NCBI GenBank assembly: GCA_964653055.1
Contig: CAZZCA010000006.1
Span: 2,427-66,426, forward strand
Reading direction: 5' to 3'
Length of the DNA stretch: 64,000 nt
From: an uncultured Desulfobulbia bacterium
Lineage (GTDB): Bacteria > Desulfobacterota > Desulfobulbia > Desulfobulbales > SURF-16
Both the position numbers and the translations under genes were made by a program. Under the pieces are notes generated by a model, which did no database searches, was not told the origin of the DNA, and saw nothing but the letters and a program-made list of their open reading frames with translations. How positions within the stretch are numbered: position 1 is the stretch's first letter; each line of letters opens with the position of its first letter. This document shows, in pieces, positions 1 through 8,770 of the stretch.

Positions 1-158
1 CAGCACCGTACCATCACCGCGACAGCCAGCACTTCACCCAACTTTAATATCCTTAATCACAGGGTCAGGGGGGTTGTCAAGGTTTTTTTCGATTTCCCCC
101 CAGAAACCCCGCAAATTAGCTAAAAATAAGCGATTTCCCAGCTTCTTTATGATAAAAA

Positions 159-1730
159 TTACTTCAGGTCGTAGATCTGGATGGCTGAGCGGGAAGGAAG
201 AAAGCTGAGCCAGCTGCGACTCAGTTCACCACCGACATACAGGCGGGGCCTGCCGGAGGGCTCAGGCAGGATGGCAAGATCAACCACCAGCCCCTTTTCC
301 CCCCAGGAATTGGGCAATTGCCAGAGCTTGACAAGATTATCGTTCTGCCAGCTATAGGCCTGGAGCAGACCGCCCTTGAAACTGCGAAGCCCCGGCATCA
401 TCCTTGGGCCGCCAAGAAGGTTGCTGGCAATAATGATCTCAAGATGACCGTCTCCGTTAAGGTCAGCCACTGCAATTCTGGGCGGGATATAACGACGCGG
501 TTTTTTGATATCAAGGTCCAGTTCTGCTGAACCAAAATAACGATATCCGCCAACCACGGTTTCGTCAGCCGACCAGAGCCGCTCGCCACTTGCGGCAGCC
601 ACAGTAAGCAGACCCTTATCCAGGCAGATAATTTCCTCTCTGCCGTCACCGTCAAGGTCGGCAAAGGTCAAGTCATAGAGATTAAAAGGAAGGGCCAGGG
701 GCTTACCCTTGACCAGGGAGCCATCTTCAACCTTCATCCGGAAAAGGGCGCCGGCCTCAGGCATGAGGTCCCGACCTGCCGGCTGACCAACCAAAACCGG
801 GCCTGAGCCAGGCAGGGCCAGGGGGCGAATATAATGACCCTGGTGCTTAAAAATCGTTTGCAGGGCCTTCCCGGCCAAAACCATAGCCGTTGCCCGGGGG
901 GTATCATCATCAGAGCCACTGATATAGATCTCGGCCTGACCATTACCGTCAAGGTCGGCCAGCTCCAGCCAATTGGGGACAAGCCCGGAAGGCAGTTCTT
1001 CTTCCGCCAGGAGGTGCAGCCAGCGGGTCTCGTTATAAGAATAAACCCGAACCATGGTGCTGCTGGCAACAACCACCTCCACCGTACCGTCACCGTTAAG
1101 ATCACCGGCGTCCATGGCCTGGAGCTCGTGACGCAGAACCTGGGAGGAATAGGCGTTATCCACCAGCTCTTCCAGGTCAGTCAGGGCAAGGGGCCCGGCC
1201 CCGCCCCGACGGGAGAAACGCTTATCCGGGTGAGCATTATGGTCCATGATAGCCACCCCGGGGCCAGGGTCGGGTTCCGAAGGCATGGTCTGGGCGCTTA
1301 TCCCGGCAACAAGGAGCCTTACCGCAGCCATCACCCCAGCTTCATCCGCTGCCACTGCAATAATAGGTGTTTTTTTATTATCGCCCTCTCCATCAATGAG
1401 CTGGACCACGATCCGAAGGCCATCACCTTCAGCCAATACGGTTCCAGCCACCAGGTAATCCACCTTGAGCCGGTCAAATAAGCGGCGCATATCATCCTCA
1501 TCCGCCACATCTCTGGCCCCGGTCACAACCTGGATCCCGCCAACAGCAGCAAGACGCCCAGCCAACATCATGGGCAGGTTTTCACCAAGGCCGGCAAAAC
1601 CCTCACCCTGATGCTCAAAGGGCATAATGGAGATTTTAACCGACTTAACCTGATAGGCCTGACAGGCAAAAGCCAGGCCGAAAATTAATACCAAGGCCAA
1701 TATAAATTGGCGAAGAAATGATTTAACCAT
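159..1730 (-). CDS. Secreted FG-GAP/VCBS-repeat (beta-propeller-like) protein with an N-terminal TolB-N/FlgO-like module
   Basis: 523-aa ORF with a signal peptide (MVKSFLRQFILALVLIFGLAFACQA). Residues ~30-130 look like the TolB-N/FlgO alpha/beta module (ISIMPFEHQG...VDYLVAGTVLAEGDGLRIVVQLID). Four FG-GAP-type Ca-binding loops are present: DLNGDGTVEVVV, ADLDGNGQAEIYI, ADLDGDGREEII, ADLNGDGHLEIIIA. Confidence 0.6.
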   Translation of the reverse strand: MVKSFLRQFILALVLIFGLAFACQAYQVKSVKISIMPFEHQGEGFAGLGENLPMMLAGRLAAVGGIQVVTGARDVADEDDMRRLFDRLKVDYLVAGTVLAEGDGLRIVVQLIDGEGDNKKTPIIAVAADEAGVMAAVRLLVAGISAQTMPSEPDPGPGVAIMDHNAHPDKRFSRRGGAGPLALTDLEELVDNAYSSQVLRHELQAMDAGDLNGDGTVEVVVASSTMVRVYSYNETRWLHLLAEEELPSGLVPNWLELADLDGNGQAEIYISGSDDDTPRATAMVLAGKALQTIFKHQGHYIRPLALPGSGPVLVGQPAGRDLMPEAGALFRMKVEDGSLVKGKPLALPFNLYDLTFADLDGDGREEIICLDKGLLTVAAASGERLWSADETVVGGYRYFGSAELDLDIKKPRRYIPPRIAVADLNGDGHLEIIIASNLLGGPRMMPGLRSFKGGLLQAYSWQNDNLVKLWQLPNSWGEKGLVVDLAILPEPSGRPRLYVGGELSRSWLSFLPSRSAIQIYDLK

Positions 1731-1913
1731 GACAAGCCCTAATTTAGAAAAAGATTAACTATGACAAAATTAATATTTCATTATAGTCATCAGCGAATTA
1801 ATCTGCCACCATTATCCTGAACTGTCAGCCAACCCAGAGCCAACCCTATTGACGAGCCAGGATGGCGGTGGTATTTTTGCCTTGATTATAAATCAATAAT
1901 AAGGAGCGGCAGC

Positions 1914-3149
1914 ATGCCCATTTTATTACGTAATTTCCTGCTAATTATAATATTCACAACCACCCTCTGCAATTGCGGCGGCCGACTACAGCTGGAAGAC
2001 GCCCTGGAAAACAGGGCCAATCGCCTCTCCGGTCCGGCCATTAAAAAAATTATTAATGACCAGACCGCACGCTTTACCAGCTGGGATAAGGCGGATAAGG
2101 CCGATGTGAGCTTCAGGCCGGACGGATCGCTACAGGGCAAAAATAACGCCGGTCATCAAACCGGTGGTTCCTGGCAGGTCAAGGGGGACAGGCTCTGCCT
2201 CTATTACCAGAAATGGGGGGCCGATGACCCGGTCTGTTACTCGGTGCTGGAGCTGGGAGAAGGGTACGGCCTTTTCCGGACAGACGGCGGGCTGGACACC
2301 TCCTTTACCCTGGCTGCTTCATCCGCGGCCGCCACCGAAGAAGAAAAATCAAGCTGGTATAATAAAATAATTCCCGATTTCAGCCAGGATGAAGATGATG
2401 CCGTCCCGGTTGAGGCCAAGGCTGAACCAGACCAGGAGAAAGGTCGCTGGTACGACAAAATAATCCCCCACTGGAGCAGCGAAGAGGAAAAACCGGGAAA
2501 AGAGGAAAAAGAGGAAAAAGAAGCCAAAGACGACGGTGGTGGCTGGCTGCAGGAAATTATGCCGGCCTGGGCCAAACAAAAAGATGAACCATCCCCCCCC
2601 ACTGACCCCCTGATCATTCACCTGCTCCAGGAAAAAGAATGCAACGGCTGCAACCTGGCCGGCAAAAACCTCAGCGGCTATAACCTGAAAAAAGCTACGC
2701 TCACCGGGGCCAACCTGACCGGAGCCGATCTCAAGGGCTGCATCCTGAAAGGAGCTAATCTTGCCGGCGCCAATTTAAAGGAAAGTGACCTGGAGGGGGC
2801 TGACCTGAAAGGGGCCGTTCTGACCAGGGCTAATCTTGCCAAGGCCCGACTGATCGACAGCCGGCTTGCCGGGGCCAACCTGGCGGGAGCTGACCTCAAG
2901 GGGGCCAATCTCCATTGGGCCAATTGCCAGGACGCCAACCTAACTAAAGCCGATCTCACTGACAGCTACCTGGTCAAGGTAAATTTTGCCGATGCCATCC
3001 TCCACCAGGCCAATCTGACCGGTGCCACCATTCAGCGCTGCAATTTCAGCGGGACCAAGGGCTATGAGGCCGACCCGATCGAAACAGCACTGAGCCCGGA
3101 ATCATCCATCAAGGAAAACACCAGGAAATCCTGGTGGCGGATCTGGTAG
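1914..3149 (+). CDS. Exported pentapeptide-repeat protein with three internal W-x3-I-[IM]-P repeats
   Basis: 411-aa ORF preceded by AAGGAG. The hydrophobic N-terminus ends ...TTTLCNCGG, which is not a classical lipobox. The C-terminal ~140 aa are continuous pentapeptide repeats ([43 protein letters not shown]...). The middle linker carries SWYNKIIPDFS / RWYDKIIPHWS / GWLQEIMPAWA at ~32-aa spacing. Confidence 0.65.
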   Translation: MPILLRNFLLIIIFTTTLCNCGGRLQLEDALENRANRLSGPAIKKIINDQTARFTSWDKADKADVSFRPDGSLQGKNNAGHQTGGSWQVKGDRLCLYYQKWGADDPVCYSVLELGEGYGLFRTDGGLDTSFTLAASSAAATEEEKSSWYNKIIPDFSQDEDDAVPVEAKAEPDQEKGRWYDKIIPHWSSEEEKPGKEEKEEKEAKDDGGGWLQEIMPAWAKQKDEPSPPTDPLIIHLLQEKECNGCNLAGKNLSGYNLKKATLTGANLTGADLKGCILKGANLAGANLKESDLEGADLKGAVLTRANLAKARLIDSRLAGANLAGADLKGANLHWANCQDANLTKADLTDSYLVKVNFADAILHQANLTGATIQRCNFSGTKGYEADPIETALSPESSIKENTRKSWWRIW

Positions 3150-3159
3150 ATCAGGCAGT

Positions 3160-4506
3160 TCAGGAGTTGAGCTTATTATAATAGGACTTCATGTCCCGGG
3201 CGAGAAAACGCCTGATCCGGCTCAGGTTCCGGGTATGACCGGCCCATAATTCCCGGATCCCGGCCTTATCGAGAAGATTGGCCACCCGTCCTTCCACCTT
3301 GCGCCAGAGATTATTCTGGTACTCGGTTTCAAGCTCTACCAGGGTATGCATCTGCCGCCGGCACCTGCGCCGCAAACCAGGGAAACTTATCCGGCTAAAC
3401 CAGAGCCAGACCAGAAAAACAACCAGGCCGGCCGCAGTGGCCGGCAAGGGCAGGTGGGCAAGGGAAACCTGACCACCAATCAGAGCGGCCATTAAGGGCT
3501 CTTCCGGAAAGCCGACAAGAACCTTGAGCAGTGGACCGCTGACAAAAAAAGCAGCCAGGGTCAGCACCAGGCCGACCTTGAGATGGGAACCCAGGATCTG
3601 CCGACCTTTGCGGGCAAAGGCAGTCATGGCAGCACAGACCATCTCCAGTTCGTGGGTCTGGCGGTCAATATCTTCAAGGATGTGGTTAATCCGAAAGGCC
3701 GGGGCGTTTAGAATCTTGTCCTTGACCTGCTGCCGTTCCCCGTCCCAGGCGTCCAGGGCTTCCTTGGCTTCACCCATGGCCGGGGAATAGGTCATATAGA
3801 TATGGGGAATGTCCTTCCGGCCGGTCATCTGGGACAGGTTCCAGCACAGGGTGCCATAGGAACGAACCAGGTCGCTCATATTGTCGCATTCGTCAATCCG
3901 GCTCATGACAAAAACAATCCGGTCCTCACCAGAGGTTTCCGGCAGGGTCGATCTGATGGCGGTATAGGTCTCCTTGATGGTGCCGGCCTTATGGGGGTCA
4001 AACATCAACACCACCAGATCAGCCATGCGGGCAAACTCACCCAGCACCGACATATAATCATAACCCCGGTCCTTTTCCGTCACCGAATCAAGCATGCCGG
4101 GGCTGTCGATAATAGCCATATTGGCCAGAAAAAGAGCCGGCAGCTGTTTCATGCAGAAATGGGAGATAAAACGGTCACCATATTCCCTGAAACGAGTGAA
4201 AGGAAGCTGTTCATCGCTCACCAGGGTAGCACCGGGGATCTCCCGGATCTCGTCACCGCCACCGGCGGTAATAACGGTAAAGGAATCATCGGTGGGGGCC
4301 TGACCGGTGCGCTGCAGTTCCCGGCCGAGAAGCTCATTGATCAGGGTTGATTTACCGGATGAATAATTACCGATGATCAGGACAATGGGCTTCCACTTGA
4401 GAATATCCTCCAGATTGCCGGTATCAAGCTGATAACGCTCAAACAAAGGAGCCAGGTTCTTTTTGACCCTGGTCTGTAATTCCTGCTGTAATGCCTTCTC
4501 GTTCAT
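3160..4506 (-). CDS. Dynamin-superfamily NTPase, EHD-like, with a C-terminal hydrophobic hairpin
   Basis: 448-aa ORF. P-loop GNYSSGKSTLINELLG, G3 IIDSPGML, G4-like FVMSRID and the RSYGTLCWNLSQM block are colinear with eukaryotic EHD motifs (GQYSTGKT / IIDTPG / LNKAD / RVYGALMWSLGK, recalled from memory). Two hydrophobic segments lie near the C-terminus (GLVLTLAAFFVSGPLL..., AAGLVVFLVWLWF). Confidence 0.7.
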   Translation of the reverse strand: MNEKALQQELQTRVKKNLAPLFERYQLDTGNLEDILKWKPIVLIIGNYSSGKSTLINELLGRELQRTGQAPTDDSFTVITAGGGDEIREIPGATLVSDEQLPFTRFREYGDRFISHFCMKQLPALFLANMAIIDSPGMLDSVTEKDRGYDYMSVLGEFARMADLVVLMFDPHKAGTIKETYTAIRSTLPETSGEDRIVFVMSRIDECDNMSDLVRSYGTLCWNLSQMTGRKDIPHIYMTYSPAMGEAKEALDAWDGERQQVKDKILNAPAFRINHILEDIDRQTHELEMVCAAMTAFARKGRQILGSHLKVGLVLTLAAFFVSGPLLKVLVGFPEEPLMAALIGGQVSLAHLPLPATAAGLVVFLVWLWFSRISFPGLRRRCRRQMHTLVELETEYQNNLWRKVEGRVANLLDKAGIRELWAGHTRNLSRIRRFLARDMKSYYNKLNS

Positions 4507-4635
4507 AGCAACCCCTGCAATTTTACCTTAATCACCATTAAACCCTGCTGGTTCAATGTAAGCGATGGCTTTCAGCCAAGTCAACCTCAATTGACAGCTT
4601 TATTGACATTTGCCCTTTCTTCAAGGTAATAAAAC

Positions 4636-5421
4636 ATGATGTTGTCTTTCCCTGAAATCGACCCGGTTTTATTAAGCCTGGGTCCGGTGAAAATCCACTG
4701 GTACGGCCTGATGTATCTCCTGGGCTTTTCCGCCAGCTACCTGCTGGTGCACCACCAGATCAAAACCTTCAAACTTGACCGGCTTGCCCCCTGTTTCGAC
4801 AATCTTAATTTCGCCCTGCTCCTGGGCCTGATCGCAGGGGGTAGGCTGGGTTATGTCCTTTTCTATAACCCCACCTATTACCTGCACCATCCTCTGGAGA
4901 TTCTCGCCACCTGGCAGGGGGGCATGTCCTTCCATGGCGGTCTGCTGGGGGTGGTTGTCAGCGGTATCATCTTCTGCCGGCGCCATAGGCTGAATTTGCC
5001 GGCCACTGCCGACTGCTACACTGCCACCGTTCCCATCGGGCTCGGCCTGGGCCGGATCGGCAATTTTATTAACGGCGAACTTTACGGCCGGGTAAGTGAT
5101 GTCCCCTGGGCCATGGTCTTCCCCGGAGGCGGACCGGAAAGCCGCCACCCCTCCCAGCTTTATGAGGCCGGCCTGGAAGGTTTTCTGCTCTTTGCCATTC
5201 TCTGGCCCCTGCGCAAAATACAGGTCAAAAATAATTGGCCGGATGGCCGAATTTTTGCCACATTTCTCCTTCTTTACGGTATCTTTCGCTTCCTGGTGGA
5301 AAATTTCCGGGAGCCGGACCAGCATATCGGGCTCCTGGCCGGCTGGCTCAGCCGCGGCCAGATCCTAAGCAGCCTAATGATTGGAGTTGCCCTTGTTTTG
5401 TTTTTTCGAAAATCACCCTAA
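4636..5421 (+). CDS. lgt: Prolipoprotein diacylglyceryl transferase
   Basis: 261-aa polytopic membrane protein. The N-terminus FPEIDPVLLSLGPVKIHWYGLMYLLGF and the GRIGNFINGELYGR motif are typical of Lgt. Confidence 0.93.
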   Translation: MMLSFPEIDPVLLSLGPVKIHWYGLMYLLGFSASYLLVHHQIKTFKLDRLAPCFDNLNFALLLGLIAGGRLGYVLFYNPTYYLHHPLEILATWQGGMSFHGGLLGVVVSGIIFCRRHRLNLPATADCYTATVPIGLGLGRIGNFINGELYGRVSDVPWAMVFPGGGPESRHPSQLYEAGLEGFLLFAILWPLRKIQVKNNWPDGRIFATFLLLYGIFRFLVENFREPDQHIGLLAGWLSRGQILSSLMIGVALVLFFRKSP

Positions 5422-5435
5422 CCAGCCGACCTGCA

Positions 5436-8102
5436 ATGAAACCATTAAACATCATCCTGACCATCATACTTCTAATGACAACACATAGCCTGCAAGCCAA
5501 GGAACTGGCCCCCCGTCTCTACAAAGAAAAACTGACCAACGGCCTCACCGTCATCGGCAAAGAGATCCCCGACTCCAAGGTGGCCACGGTCCAGATCTGG
5601 GTCAAGGCCGGTTCCATCTATGAAGACCGTGACGAAGGGGGGATCACCCACCTGATTGAACACATGATCTTCAAGGGTACCCCAAGCCGGGGTCCGGGTG
5701 AACTGGCTCAGGTCATCGAGGGCCTGGGTGGGCGGATCAATGCCTATACCTCCTTTGAATATACGGTTTATCACGCCACCCTGTCTGCCCGTCACTGGCC
5801 GACTGCCCTGGATATCCTGGCTGATTCCGTTCTCCACTCCTCATTTGACCCGGAGGAACTTGAACGGGAAAAAAAGGTGGTTTTAGAAGAACTCTTTATG
5901 CGTAACGACCGGGCCAGCTCCAAGCTCTTTCAGGAGCTAATGAGCAATTCCTTCCAGAATCACCCCTACCGCCTGCCTATTATCGGCACCGAAGAGAGCA
6001 TCACCGGTTTCAGCCGTCAGGACATCCTGGACTATATGGCCAAGCATTATCATCCGGAAAATATGACCATTGTGGCAGTGGGTAATATCCGTTTCCATGA
6101 ATTACTCGCCCAGGGCGAAAAATTATTCGGCCACCTGACTCCAGCCGGCATGGACAAACCCGACCTGCCCCGGGAGCCGGCTCAGACACAAATCCGTCTC
6201 TTCAACCTTAAGGAAGATATCGGGCAGAGCCACCTGGCCCTGGCCCTGCCCATTACCCCCTTTGACCATCCGGACACCCCGGTTCTTGATGTAATTGCCA
6301 CCGTTCTCGGCCAGGGTGAGACATCCAGGCTCTACCAGCGGCTCCGGAACGAACAGCAGCTGGTTTACCGGATAAGCTGCTCGGCCTTTACCCCCCGTTA
6401 TCCCGGCCTGCTGGAGATAACCGCCACCCTGGAGGCTGATGATCTGAACCCGGCCCTGGAATCCATCCTTACCGAAATCTATAAGCTGAAATACCTGGAG
6501 GTCAGTGATCGGGAGCTGGCCCGGGTCAAACGAAATGTGGAGTCTGACTTTATTTTCAACCTGGAACAGATTGAGGGCCAGGCCAGGGTACTGGGGTCTT
6601 TTGAGTTCATCAGCGGCGACCCCAGAGAAGACTCCTATCTTGAGCGGATCCGGGGGGTCAACCGGGAAGACATCATCCGGGTGGCAAATAAATATTTTCT
6701 ACCCACTGCCCTTACCGCCGGCAGCCTGGTTCCCCGGCAGCAGGAGACCAGCCTGGCCAAAGTTGACCTTGAAGAGATAATCAACAGGGCTGAAGAAACG
6801 GCCCGGCAACAGGTGCCGGAATCACTGGTAAACCCTTCATACCTCCAAAATGTCCACCGCTTTAAGCTGGGCAACGGAATCACCCTGCTGGTACGGGAAG
6901 ATCACGAAGTACCCACCGCTGCCATCCGCGCTATCTTCCCCGGGGGCCTGCGCAGTGAAACCCTGGAGAATAACGGGGCCTTCGCCTTTATCAGCGAGCT
7001 ACTACCCACCGGGACCGACAAATTAACCGCCCCCGAACTTGCCGCTGAAATTGCCGATATGGCCGGTTCAATTAACGGCTTTAACGGCAAAAACACCTTC
7101 GGCCTCAAGGCGGACTTTCTCGCCCGCTTCCTCGAACCGGGGCTGGACCTGGTCCGAGACATTCTCCTAAAGCCGGCTTTCAGCCAGGAAGAGGCCGAAA
7201 AAATCAGGCCGGAATTACTGGCCCAGTTAAAACTGCAGGAAGACAACCTGCCGGCTCTTGCCTTTCGTGAATTCAACCGCCTGCTCTTTGTTGAGCACCC
7301 TTACGGCCTTAATGCCGGCGGCAGGCCAGAGTCGTTGGCCTCTATCCAGGTTGCAGATTTAAAAGAAATCTACCAGCAGCATGCCCAGCCGGAAAAGCTG
7401 GTGCTGGTGGTCAGCGGCGATGTGGAAGCAAAACAGGTACGCCAATTGGTGGAATCATCATTTACTGCCTGGCCGACAGCCCAACCAGGGGAAAATGAAA
7501 AATTTCTCCCGCCAGTGCCACCGGCTGAGCCGGAAATGATCAATTTGGACCGGGACAAAAACCAGACCCATATTATCATCGGATTTCTCGGCACCAAGCT
7601 CACCAGTAACGACCGTTTTCCCCTGGAGGTGCTGGAAAGCATCCTCAGCGGTCAGAGCGGTCGTTTGTTCAGCCAGCTGCGGGATAAGGAAAGCCTGGCC
7701 TACAGCCTGTCTGCCTTTACTCTTTTCGGTCTTGACACCGGCTCGCTCGGGGTCTATATCGGAACCAGCCCGAACAAAAAAGAAGCAGCGATCAAGGCCC
7801 TGTGGCAGGAGCTAATCCGCCTGCAGAAAGAAGAGGTTGGGCCAGCAGAGCTGGAAAGAGCCAGAAACCTTCTGGTCAGTCATTATGAAATGGGGCTGCA
7901 GAGTCACGGGGCCCAAGCCATGGAGATAGGCCTAAACGAAACTTACGGCCTGGGCCAGAACCATGGCAATGATTACGAAAAGGCAATCTTGGCCATCAGC
8001 CCTGCTGACATCATGGCCGCAGCCCGCAAATTTATCCAGCCGGATCACCATATTATGGTCACGGTGGGAGCAAATAATAATCAAGATAGTAAGGAGAATT
8101 AA
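5436..8102 (+). CDS. Secreted two-unit M16 (pitrilysin-family) zinc peptidase
   Basis: Zinc motif [11 protein letters not shown] (HxxEH) in the first half, and a second M16-like half without the motif. I chose the start at [21 protein letters not shown] (signal peptide). The listed ORF start at 5235 overlaps lgt and is probably not used. Confidence 0.85.
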   Translation: MKPLNIILTIILLMTTHSLQAKELAPRLYKEKLTNGLTVIGKEIPDSKVATVQIWVKAGSIYEDRDEGGITHLIEHMIFKGTPSRGPGELAQVIEGLGGRINAYTSFEYTVYHATLSARHWPTALDILADSVLHSSFDPEELEREKKVVLEELFMRNDRASSKLFQELMSNSFQNHPYRLPIIGTEESITGFSRQDILDYMAKHYHPENMTIVAVGNIRFHELLAQGEKLFGHLTPAGMDKPDLPREPAQTQIRLFNLKEDIGQSHLALALPITPFDHPDTPVLDVIATVLGQGETSRLYQRLRNEQQLVYRISCSAFTPRYPGLLEITATLEADDLNPALESILTEIYKLKYLEVSDRELARVKRNVESDFIFNLEQIEGQARVLGSFEFISGDPREDSYLERIRGVNREDIIRVANKYFLPTALTAGSLVPRQQETSLAKVDLEEIINRAEETARQQVPESLVNPSYLQNVHRFKLGNGITLLVREDHEVPTAAIRAIFPGGLRSETLENNGAFAFISELLPTGTDKLTAPELAAEIADMAGSINGFNGKNTFGLKADFLARFLEPGLDLVRDILLKPAFSQEEAEKIRPELLAQLKLQEDNLPALAFREFNRLLFVEHPYGLNAGGRPESLASIQVADLKEIYQQHAQPEKLVLVVSGDVEAKQVRQLVESSFTAWPTAQPGENEKFLPPVPPAEPEMINLDRDKNQTHIIIGFLGTKLTSNDRFPLEVLESILSGQSGRLFSQLRDKESLAYSLSAFTLFGLDTGSLGVYIGTSPNKKEAAIKALWQELIRLQKEEVGPAELERARNLLVSHYEMGLQSHGAQAMEIGLNETYGLGQNHGNDYEKAILAISPADIMAAARKFIQPDHHIMVTVGANNNQDSKEN

Positions 8103-8103
8103 G

Positions 8104-8760
8104 ATGCAGGAAAAGATGCTGGCACCATCAATCTTATCCGCTGATTTTGCCCGCCTGGGGGAAGAAATAACAGCCGTCACGGAGGCCGGGGCCGATATTA
8201 TTCATATCGATGTCATGGACGGCCATTTTGTCCCCAATATAACCATCGGCCCCCTGGTGGTGGATGCGGTTAAAAAAATCACAGACCTGCCCCTGGATGT
8301 CCACCTGATGATTGAAAATCCCGATCTCTACCTGGAGAATTTTGCCGAGGCCGGGGCCGACTGGATAACTGTCCATGTCGAGGCCTGTACCCATCTTCAC
8401 CGTACCATCAGCCAGGTAAAGAAGCTGGGCAAAAAGGCAGGGGCAGTCCTGAACCCGGCCACCCCTTTAAGCAGCCTTGATCACATCCTCGACGACCTGG
8501 ATCTGGTTATGCTGATGAGCGTTAATCCGGGCTTTGGCGGTCAATCCTTTATCCCTTCTACTCTGGATAAGACAAGAACCCTGAAAAAGATGATTGATGA
8601 ACGGGGGTTAAATACCGGGATTGAGATCGATGGCGGGGTCAGCCCCAAAACCATTGCTGAGATTGCCGGGGCCGGAGCCAATATCTTTGTGGCCGGTTCT
8701 GCTGTTTTCGGGGCGGATAATTACCCTGAGGCGGTGAGGGCCATTAAGGACCGCTGGTAA
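8104..8760 (+). CDS. rpe: Ribulose-phosphate 3-epimerase
   Basis: [21 protein letters not shown]...[12 protein letters not shown]...NPGFGGQSF. The ATG at 8104 follows AAGGAG and the M16 stop codon (8100-8102). Confidence 0.93.
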   Translation: MQEKMLAPSILSADFARLGEEITAVTEAGADIIHIDVMDGHFVPNITIGPLVVDAVKKITDLPLDVHLMIENPDLYLENFAEAGADWITVHVEACTHLHRTISQVKKLGKKAGAVLNPATPLSSLDHILDDLDLVMLMSVNPGFGGQSFIPSTLDKTRTLKKMIDERGLNTGIEIDGGVSPKTIAEIAGAGANIFVAGSAVFGADNYPEAVRAIKDRW

Positions 8761-8770
8761 AAAAACACGC

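Noticed and set aside
1-158. Edge fragment. Frame +1 is open to a TAA at 121-123 with C-rich third positions. Alternatively, a minus-strand start (AAGGA-N9-TTG near position 40) could lead off the left edge.
   Set aside because: At 40 codons or fewer in either reading, with no recognisable motif, I cannot decide strand or function, so it is not reported as a feature.
5235-5435. N-terminal extension of the M16 peptidase ORF (listed start 5235) overlapping the lgt 3' end.
   Set aside because: The extension has no signal peptide and overlaps lgt by 187 nt. The internal [21 protein letters not shown] is a proper signal peptide starting 14 nt after the lgt stop.
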